Origin: an uncultured Planctomycetia bacterium
GTDB taxonomy: Bacteria; Omnitrophota; Gorgyraeia; Duberdicusellales; 4484-171
Assembly (NCBI GenBank): GCA_964483625.1
Contig: CAZABB010000005.1
Location: 15,571 to 79,570, forward strand
Direction of reading: 5' to 3'
DNA length: 64,000 nt
The notes under the pieces are model-generated. The model did no database searches and was not told where the DNA came from. It saw only the letters and a list, made by a program, of their open reading frames with translations. Made by a program: the position numbers and the translations under genes. Below are positions 56,733 to 64,000 of the stretch, one piece after another (position 1 is the first letter of the stretch; every line of letters starts with the position of its first letter).

Positions 56733-58016
56733 ATGAATATCCTGGTGATGACCAATACATACAAGCCGATCGTCGGCGGCCTGGAACGTTCGATTGAAAC
56801 ATTCACGCAGAGATATCGCGCCGCCGGGCACAGGGTACTCATTGTCGCTCCCGATTTCGAGGATGCGCAGAAAGAGCCGGGTGTTGTCCGCATCCCGGCT
56901 ATCCAGAAGGTGAGGGGAACCGATTTTTCCGTGCATCTGCCGATTCCGGGGATGTTGTCTGAGACCTTGAAAAAATTCCGTCCCGATATCGTCCATTCGC
57001 ATCAGCCGTTCTTGCTGGGCGAGACCGCTCTTCGGGTTGCCGCCCAGTATGATGTCCCTCTGGTATTTACGTTCCACACCTTGTACGAACGGTATACGTA
57101 TTACATGCCGGGTAACCTTAAAAAAGTGCAGCGGTTCATTATCAGCCTCTCCACCGGGTATGCCAATCTCTGTGATTACGTATTTGCCCCTTCGCGCAGC
57201 GTGGCCCAGCTTCTCCGGCGGCGTAAAGTCATGGTTCCTATCGAAATCCTTCCTACCGGCATCGATACCGATGTGTTTAGAAAAAGCGGTACTTCAGGCT
57301 GCCGGAAAAAATTCCATATCCCTGAGAAGGCTTTTGTCGTCGGGTTTGTCGGCAGGATCAATCCGGAGAAAAATATTCACTTTTTAGTCGAAGCGGTGAA
57401 ACGGTTTTTAAAATCAAACCGGCATGCCCACTTCTTTATGGTTGGCAAAGGTTCTTTAGTTAAGGAAACGACTCAGTTCTTTAAAGCGCAGGGGTTTAAA
57501 AATCGGTTCCATTACACGGGAGTCCTTTCCGGGGACGATCTTGTGGATGCCTATCGGGCGATGGACGTGTTCGTGTTTGCTTCCAAGACCGAAACTCAAG
57601 GGATGGTATTAAACGAAGCGATGGCGACGGAAGTGCCGGTGATCGCATTAGCCGGCCCGGGAGTATCGGATATTGTAACCGACGGGTTAAACGGCTATCT
57701 TCTTAATACCGAAGACGAGGATGATTTCGCCGGTGCGCTGAACGTCTATGCCGCATTGCCGCTGGAAGAACGACGCATTTTCTGCCGGAATGCCCGCCAT
57801 ACCGCCCTGCGGTTTTCACTCAAAACTTCGGTCATAAAGGCACTTGAAATCTATGAAGAACTTATTCAGCAGAAACCGCGTGTCCTGCGCCGCCGGCCGC
57901 GTCTGCTGCGCCGGATGGCGAATAAGTTCAAGACTGAATGGCAGCTTCTGCGTAATATGACCCGGGCGATGAGCGTGGCCTTCGGGGTCAAATTGAAGCG
58001 TTCCAATTCTTCTTGA
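56733..58016 (+). CDS. GT4 glycosyltransferase (diacylglycerol glucosyltransferase-like)
   Basis: TNTY.P.VGG, HSHQPF, FHT.YE, SKTETQGMVLNEAMA. Confidence 0.85.
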   Translation: MNILVMTNTYKPIVGGLERSIETFTQRYRAAGHRVLIVAPDFEDAQKEPGVVRIPAIQKVRGTDFSVHLPIPGMLSETLKKFRPDIVHSHQPFLLGETALRVAAQYDVPLVFTFHTLYERYTYYMPGNLKKVQRFIISLSTGYANLCDYVFAPSRSVAQLLRRRKVMVPIEILPTGIDTDVFRKSGTSGCRKKFHIPEKAFVVGFVGRINPEKNIHFLVEAVKRFLKSNRHAHFFMVGKGSLVKETTQFFKAQGFKNRFHYTGVLSGDDLVDAYRAMDVFVFASKTETQGMVLNEAMATEVPVIALAGPGVSDIVTDGLNGYLLNTEDEDDFAGALNVYAALPLEERRIFCRNARHTALRFSLKTSVIKALEIYEELIQQKPRVLRRRPRLLRRMANKFKTEWQLLRNMTRAMSVAFGVKLKRSNSS

Positions 58017-58055
58017 TCAGCTTTACAATTTTTCGATATTTGGTTAAATAATACT

Positions 58056-58628
58056 ATGAGCCGCCTCAATCAACGCATAAAAGATCTGGGTGAAATCGCG
58101 ATTGTCATTGATACCTGGGATGATGTATTCAGTGACTTTGATCCGCGCCCATTGAGCGAACGGACGGTATCGGGGGATTTTGTCGATGAACTTAAAAAAA
58201 GATATAGGGAGACGCGCCGCGGCGATTTTATTATTACCATCTGCGCCCCGGTCGAATTAAAGGATGAGAAATCCGAACGGATGGTTACGCAGCGGCTGAA
58301 AAAACATTTCCTGCACCGGTGCCTCCAGAAGAAAAAAAGCATTACCCGCTTACGCCTGCGCGGGGCGGTGTTTGTTCTGGTCGGGATTGCCGCGATGACC
58401 TTTCTGACTCTGGCGACATATTATAAGTTTTTAAGTGACCTGGCAAATCAAATGGCGGCGATTGTGCTTATGCCGCTGGGGTGGTTTGGCTTCTGGGAAG
58501 GGCTTTCCAAACTGATCGATACTTCGCCGGCGGCGATCCAGGACGAGATCCTGTTCCGCAAGCTGTCGAAGGCGACCTATCGCTTTCGCTACCTGCCGGA
58601 AGAATTACCTTCCTCAGGTGCCGCCTGA
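58056..58628 (+). CDS. Conserved hypothetical membrane protein
   Basis: DDVFSDFDPRP motif; two C-terminal TM helices. Confidence 0.7.
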   Translation: MSRLNQRIKDLGEIAIVIDTWDDVFSDFDPRPLSERTVSGDFVDELKKRYRETRRGDFIITICAPVELKDEKSERMVTQRLKKHFLHRCLQKKKSITRLRLRGAVFVLVGIAAMTFLTLATYYKFLSDLANQMAAIVLMPLGWFGFWEGLSKLIDTSPAAIQDEILFRKLSKATYRFRYLPEELPSSGAA

Positions 58629-58712
58629 ATCTGCTGATATCTTCCCGGGGAATTATTGATTGCAGAACGATTTTTTAAAGTTAGAATGAGAAGAAACCTA
58701 AAAGGAGGCGGT

Positions 58713-59795
58713 ATGGCTCGGTTTATGAAACGGTTGTCAAAGACCGCGGGGCTTGTTCCCGGGACGCTGGTCCATGTGGGAGAACAAAGAGCGGGAACTC
58801 CTCGTATCACGCTTATCGATTACGACACCCATACGTTTCAGGAAAAACAAATCCAGCGTCTTGAGGAATCTTTTCCTTTTAAAGAAACGCCTACGGTGAG
58901 CTGGATCAATATCGACGGTATCCACCAGGTCGATATTATTGAAAAGATCGGCAGTCATTTCAATCTGCACCCATTGACGCTTGAGGATATCGTGAACACC
59001 TCTCAGCGTCCCAAATGTGAGGATCTGGAGGAGTATGTCTTTGTCGTATTGAAAATGTTGACGTATGATGAAAAAGAGTGTCGAGTCGTCACCGAACAGG
59101 TCAGTCTTATTCTGGGAGAACATTTTGTTATCTCGTTTCAGGAAAGAGAGGGGGATGTTTTCGAGGTCATCCGTCAACGGATCCGGAACGATAAGGGGCG
59201 TATCCGCAAAGCGGGCCCGGATTATCTGGCATATGCTCTGCTTGATGCGGTTATCGATAACTATTTTTCAATCTTAGAAAAGATCGCCGAACGGATCGAA
59301 TCGATGGAGGAAGACCTGGTGCATCATCCCACGCCCGAGACCTTGCGGGTTATCCACGGTTTAAAACAGGAAATTATATTTTTACGCAAATCGGTATGGC
59401 CTTTGCGTGAAGTCGTCAGCCGGCTGGAACGGGGTGAGATGTCTCTGATAAAGAAATCGACCAAAGTATACCTCAGGGACCTTTACGACCATACCGTCCA
59501 GGTGATCGATACGGTCGAGACCTTTCGGGATATGGTCTCAGGCATGCTTGATATATATCTTTCCAGCGTAAGCAATAAGATGAACGAAGTGATGAAAGTA
59601 CTTACGATCATCGCCACTATTTTTATTCCGATCACCTTCATTGCCGGTATTTACGGGATGAATTTCGATCCTGCCGTGTCATTCTGGAATATGCCGGAAT
59701 TGAAGTGGCCGTACGGGTATATCTTTGCCCTCGGCATGATGGGGGCGGTCACTCTTGCCATGGCGGTCTATTTTAAAAAGAAAAAATGGTTCTAA
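58713..59795 (+). CDS. corA: Magnesium/cobalt transporter
   Basis: LHPLTLEDI, YGMNF, MPEL, KKKW; SD AAGGAGG. Confidence 0.95.
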   Translation: MARFMKRLSKTAGLVPGTLVHVGEQRAGTPRITLIDYDTHTFQEKQIQRLEESFPFKETPTVSWINIDGIHQVDIIEKIGSHFNLHPLTLEDIVNTSQRPKCEDLEEYVFVVLKMLTYDEKECRVVTEQVSLILGEHFVISFQEREGDVFEVIRQRIRNDKGRIRKAGPDYLAYALLDAVIDNYFSILEKIAERIESMEEDLVHHPTPETLRVIHGLKQEIIFLRKSVWPLREVVSRLERGEMSLIKKSTKVYLRDLYDHTVQVIDTVETFRDMVSGMLDIYLSSVSNKMNEVMKVLTIIATIFIPITFIAGIYGMNFDPAVSFWNMPELKWPYGYIFALGMMGAVTLAMAVYFKKKKWF

Positions 59796-59818
59796 CCTTG
59801 TTGCGCTGAGGGAATATC

Positions 59819-61093
59819 ATGGGCCGAAAAAGAATATTTTCGGGGATCGCTCTTATTGTTTTATGTGTCTTGGGGGCCGGTTATTATTTCTTTTTTACCT
59901 CCGGAGGGTCGACCGTTCTGGTGCGGGGGATTTTAAGACAGTACGCCGATACCGGAAATATCGAGGTCGTCTCCTCTCAAGGAGCGCTTGCCGAAGAGCT
60001 ATCCTGGCAGGATATCGAGATCAAAGAACTTCCCTGGCTTCCTTCCGGCAGTATCATCCAGGTTAAACGCCTGGATATTTCATTCTCTTCTTTAAGTATG
60101 AACGGCGTAACCGTACGTATCCATAACGGCCGGATCATGCTTCCGGAGACCGAGACGGTGATATTTTATGGGACATACGAGAACGACCATCTTGATTTTA
60201 ACGTGTATACGAAGAAGGCGGGGTTGAGAATACTGCGTAATTTCTTCCCGCATCATCAGGAGTTGAAGAACGTGTCGGGCCGGGTGGATGATCTCGATGT
60301 GTCTGTAATCGGTTCTGTGTTTACGCCCCAGGTACGGGGAACATTTCTTATCAGAGAATTTGCCCGCAACGAATTCACGCTTAAAAATGCTCCGGCGACA
60401 TTCTGGTTTGACATGCGCAAGAAGGTATGGGATAGGGTTTTAAACGGAGAGATCTTTTTAGCCGGCGGCGATATTTCCGCGCGCGGCCGGCCGATTTCCC
60501 TGGCAAAGAGCCGGTTGATTTTCTCCGGTAATCCGAAAGAGCCGGCGCTGGATGTGACCGGTTCGGCTCTGGTTGAGGCGACCCGGATAGATATTCGTCT
60601 GACAGGAACGGCGGTTCAGCCCCAATTAAGACTCTCTTCCCGACCCTCTCTGCCGGAAGGGCAGTTGCTTCTGATGCTGGCCACGGGGAAGAACTGGCGT
60701 AGTGCCAAAAGAAGCCTGAATGAAAAACATATTACGCCTGATCTGGCTTTCGATTTTGTCGATTTTTTGCTTCTGGGAGGGAAGGGAAGCCTTATCGCCG
60801 AAAAATTCGGTATTCAGGATATATCGGTGACGTTGAATGGGGTTGAAAAGGAAATAAGGGTGAAAAAAAACATAACCGATAATACGGCGGTGAGTTACGG
60901 GATTTCTCAGTCGCAGGAAGATAAGAACGCTGGGGAGGCGAAACATAAAGTCGGCGCGACGGTTGACATTACCGATACGCTCTCGGTAGAAGGTCAGAAA
61001 GAAATACGGCCGGAAAATGGAAAAGGAACACGTCCGGAGACCAAAGGTCCGCCGGACGATAAGGTGTTATTGAAATTCAAAAAGGAATTCTAA
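59819..61093 (+). CDS. TamB-like C-terminal domain protein
   Basis: N-terminal anchor; F.G.P..P.LDV, I.LTG...P.L.LSS.P.L pattern. Confidence 0.6.
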   Translation: MGRKRIFSGIALIVLCVLGAGYYFFFTSGGSTVLVRGILRQYADTGNIEVVSSQGALAEELSWQDIEIKELPWLPSGSIIQVKRLDISFSSLSMNGVTVRIHNGRIMLPETETVIFYGTYENDHLDFNVYTKKAGLRILRNFFPHHQELKNVSGRVDDLDVSVIGSVFTPQVRGTFLIREFARNEFTLKNAPATFWFDMRKKVWDRVLNGEIFLAGGDISARGRPISLAKSRLIFSGNPKEPALDVTGSALVEATRIDIRLTGTAVQPQLRLSSRPSLPEGQLLLMLATGKNWRSAKRSLNEKHITPDLAFDFVDFLLLGGKGSLIAEKFGIQDISVTLNGVEKEIRVKKNITDNTAVSYGISQSQEDKNAGEAKHKVGATVDITDTLSVEGQKEIRPENGKGTRPETKGPPDDKVLLKFKKEF

Positions 61094-61098
61094 GGTAT

Positions 61099-61962
61099 AT
61101 GCAAAAGATAGAGAATTTTCGCGCCAGTCGTTTAAACGAATCGCAGACAAACATCCTGTGGACGGCGCTATGCTTTTTGACAACCTGTCTGATTGCCGTC
61201 ATCGATTATCTTACCGGTAATGAACTCGGGTTATCTCTGTTTTATCTTGCCCCGGTATTAGCGGCAACCTGGTATGTTACGATCGCCGTCGGGGTCTCTC
61301 TGGCGATCTTCAGCGCGTTCTCTTGGACGTTGGCAAATTCGTTCTTAAGAGTGGCCTATTCTCACGCGTTTATCCCTTATTGGAATGTTGGGGTAAGGAG
61401 CCTTTTTTTTATTACCGTTGTGATCCTCTTAGCCCGTCTAAAAAAAGCTCTGTTAAAAGAACGTCAATTTGCCCGCAAGGATTTTTTGACCGGCATTGCC
61501 AACTGGCAGGCGTTTACCGAGCGTGCCGCCAACGAGATGAACCGTGCCCGGCGGTACAACCGGCCGATAACGGTGGTGTATGCTGATTGTGACAACTTCA
61601 AACAGGTAAATGATTGGGGCGGGCATGGTGAAGGGAATAAGCTTTTGAAATTGATCGCCCGTACCATGAAAGAAAACATCCGCTCTTTTGATATCGTTGC
61701 CCGTCTGGGCGGAGATGAGTTCGTGCTTCTTCTACCGGAAACCGATCAGGATAACGCTCGAGTTATCGTCGAACGTCTTAAAACATCGTTATGCGCGGTT
61801 ACTCAAGGGGGAGGGTTTGCGGTGACTTTCAGCTTCGGCGTAGCGATATTCGTTACTCTGCCGCCCGGGATTGATGAGATGGTCTGCAAATCGGATGAAT
61901 TGATGTATGCTTCAAAAGAAAAGGGAAAAGACGGTATAACGTACGAGGTTATCGGTGGTTAA
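61099..61962 (+). CDS. Membrane-bound GGDEF diguanylate cyclase family protein
   Basis: Four TM; DFLTG, RSFD I-site, RLGGDEF. Confidence 0.9.
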   Translation: MQKIENFRASRLNESQTNILWTALCFLTTCLIAVIDYLTGNELGLSLFYLAPVLAATWYVTIAVGVSLAIFSAFSWTLANSFLRVAYSHAFIPYWNVGVRSLFFITVVILLARLKKALLKERQFARKDFLTGIANWQAFTERAANEMNRARRYNRPITVVYADCDNFKQVNDWGGHGEGNKLLKLIARTMKENIRSFDIVARLGGDEFVLLLPETDQDNARVIVERLKTSLCAVTQGGGFAVTFSFGVAIFVTLPPGIDEMVCKSDELMYASKEKGKDGITYEVIGG

Positions 61963-61963
61963 T

Positions 61964-62440
61964 ATGGAGAATCAAAAAGAAATAATCCCCCGGCAGATCC
62001 GAAGACTTCTGGGAAAAGCAGATTTTATCAACGTGGCCACATGTACTCTTTCCCGGAGCCCCAGCGGCGCGTTTAAATTTATCTTAAAGATCGATGGTAA
62101 CGATATATATCTTGTCGATTTCGCCCGGGCGCGTACCTGGCGGAATTTAAAGGAGAACCCGTTCGCTTCGCTCTCGTTCCTAGACGAGGAGACATTAGTC
62201 GATTATCAGCTTAATGGGCCAGTCGAGATCATCGATGGGGGGAGATCTTTCGAAACGCTGGATGATGAGCTGGATAAAAAAGAAGTGACGTTTGTGACCA
62301 AACGGGTAATCGAGAGCGTGCGTCGGCAAAAGAAATTCCCTGTCAACGAAATACCGTTGGCTAAACGAGTGGTGATTTTAAAAGTTACGGTAGAAGAAAC
62401 GGTCGAGCTTGGCCCGGCGGCAGAGTTAAAGGAAAGGTAA
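61964..62440 (+). CDS. Pyridoxamine 5'-phosphate oxidase (FMN-binding split barrel) family protein
   Basis: VAT, RT..NLKENP..SL, YQL.G. Confidence 0.75.
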   Translation: MENQKEIIPRQIRRLLGKADFINVATCTLSRSPSGAFKFILKIDGNDIYLVDFARARTWRNLKENPFASLSFLDEETLVDYQLNGPVEIIDGGRSFETLDDELDKKEVTFVTKRVIESVRRQKKFPVNEIPLAKRVVILKVTVEETVELGPAAELKER

Positions 62441-62446
62441 TTTTGT

Positions 62447-63019
62447 ATGGATATAAGTCTTGTGGTTATTCCGATTCTGATCTTTTTAGCGAGAGTAATC
62501 GATGTCACGATGGGGACATTGCGGATTATTTTTATTTCCCGCGGTATACGGATCCTTGCGGCATGCCTGGGTTTCTTTGAAATACTGATCTGGCTTCTGG
62601 CCATCAGTCAGATCATGAAGAACCTGGATAATCCGGTCAACTATATCGCCTATGCAGCCGGTTTCGGCATGGGGAATTTCGTCGGGATATCCATCGAGCA
62701 GAAGCTTTCTTTGGGAAACCTCATGGTCCGGGTAATCGTCCGTAACAGCGCTGTGGCGCTGATGGAATATCTCCATAGGCAGGGCTATGGAGTTACCATC
62801 GTTGACGCCCAAGGCACAACCGGCCCGGTGAAGATTATTTTTACCGTCGTTCCCCGGAAATGCCTCAAAGCTGTCCTTGAGAGTATAGAAAGTTTTAACC
62901 CTCAGGCGTTTTACACCATCGAAGATATCCGCTTCGCGGTAGAGCAGGGACGGTATCCGGCCGGGCGCCGCCGGCGCCTGAGAGACCATTTGCGGGCTTT
63001 TACATTGAAGAAAAAATAG
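62447..63019 (+). CDS. DUF2179/UPF0316 membrane protein
   Basis: ARVIDVTMGTLR, GFFE, YAAGF, GYGVT, NPQAF. Confidence 0.85.
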   Translation: MDISLVVIPILIFLARVIDVTMGTLRIIFISRGIRILAACLGFFEILIWLLAISQIMKNLDNPVNYIAYAAGFGMGNFVGISIEQKLSLGNLMVRVIVRNSAVALMEYLHRQGYGVTIVDAQGTTGPVKIIFTVVPRKCLKAVLESIESFNPQAFYTIEDIRFAVEQGRYPAGRRRRLRDHLRAFTLKKK

Positions 63020-63107
63020 CGTGTAAAGGATTATTGGCTATTTTGTGTTTATGCCTTATAATAAAAGCCTGATGGAGAAGAAGACAGAATGGATAAGGAG
63101 ATTCCCT

Positions 63108-64000
63108 ATGAAAAAAATGAATAAAAAACTGCAGGAAAAATGCCAGGCGATTTCCAAAAAAAACACCGTTGAAGCGATTGTAACCTCATTCTGTGCCAAT
63201 CTGAAATACGCCCTTTCTAAAGACCAGTATACCGCGACCCGGGAAGATAATTTCCGGGCCCTGGCGTTTGCCATGCGCGACCGGGTCGTCGAACGCTGGA
63301 TTACCACCCAGCAGCGGTACCATAAGGAAAATGTCAAACGAGTGTATTATCTGTCGATGGAATTCTTAATCGGCCGGCTTCTGGGTAATTACATATTTAA
63401 TCTGGGGCTGGAGGATCAGGTTTCCCAGGCGCTTACCGAACTGGGGTTTGATTTTGAAGATATCCGCCAGGAGGAGCTCGACGCGGGACTGGGCAACGGA
63501 GGGTTGGGGAGGCTTGCCGCCTGCTTCCTTGATTCGATGGCGACATTGCATATTCCCGGCTACGGCTACGGTATCCGCTATGATTACGGTATTTTTCATC
63601 AGAAAATAAAAGACGGATTTCAGGTGGAACTTCCCGATGAATGGTTAAGACGCGAGAGCCCCTGGGAATTTGCCCGGCCGGAATCGACGGTCAAGGTGAA
63701 ATTCTACGGCCGCACGCAAACCTATCGCGACCGGCATGGTAAATTCTGTGTCGATTGGGTTGATACCGAAAACATCCTCGCGGTACCCTATGATTACGCG
63801 ATTCCCGGTTATAAAAATGATGTGGTCAATACATTACGGCTCTGGTCGGCGCGTAGCACCGAAGAATTCGACCTGGAGTATTTCAACCAGGGCGACTATG
63901 AGCAGGCGGTGCATAAAAAGATCCTTTCGGAGAATATTTCAAAAGTACTCTATCCCAACGATGACGTTAGTCAGGGGCGGGAATTACGCTTGAAACAGGA
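63108..64000 (+). CDS. glgP: Glycogen/alpha-glucan phosphorylase (3' truncated; missing from the ORF track)
   Basis: Manual translation from ATG 63108 (SD AAGGAG): VYYLSMEFLIGRLL, DAGLGNGGLGRLAACFLDSMATL, GIRYDYGIF, ENISKVLYPND. Confidence 0.93.
   Translation, partial: MKKMNKKLQEKCQAISKKNTVEAIVTSFCANLKYALSKDQYTATREDNFRALAFAMRDRVVERWITTQQRYHKENVKRVYYLSMEFLIGRLLGNYIFNLGLEDQVSQALTELGFDFEDIRQEELDAGLGNGGLGRLAACFLDSMATLHIPGYGYGIRYDYGIFHQKIKDGFQVELPDEWLRRESPWEFARPESTVKVKFYGRTQTYRDRHGKFCVDWVDTENILAVPYDYAIPGYKNDVVNTLRLWSARSTEEFDLEYFNQGDYEQAVHKKILSENISKVLYPNDDVSQGRELRLKQ

Noticed and set aside
63056-63993. Short ORFs listed in the last kilobase
   Set aside because: The region is the 5' part of glgP, which runs off the window end

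Overview
Gene-dense bacterial chromosome segment with no rRNA, tRNA, CRISPR, transposase or phage genes detected by eye. Gene content and intergenic repeat style suggest a diderm PVC-group organism such as Candidatus Omnitrophota (inference only). In order: partial plsC-rpsA-tyrS; a glycan-utilisation locus (sugar ABC transporter, two clan GH-A hydrolases, CBM11-like proteins, LacI-type operator); a zincin + ATP-grasp pair; a c-di-GMP-I riboswitch carrying a 42-nt twin-hairpin insertion ahead of rlpA and a diguanylate cyclase; ABC-F, TrmH, HD and stand-alone fusA genes; a phosphate regulon (Na/Pi cotransporter, phoBR, six-unit Pho box, two small unknown ORFs, porin, pstSCAB, phoU); a carotenoid/isoprenoid/menaquinone cluster (crtI, ispH, crtB, split lycopene cyclase, polyprenyl synthase, menA, menG, NDH-2, DoxX) in which five genes look leaderless; a GT4/GH57 alpha-glucan operon; a two-component pair, nrnA, trpB2, corA, a GGDEF with an Asp-to-Asn substitution at the base-selecting site; and partial glgP. 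About ten intergenic spacers hold short-period (7-9 nt) tandem repeats, several in inverted pairs. All calls come from motif recognition, and no database search was run.
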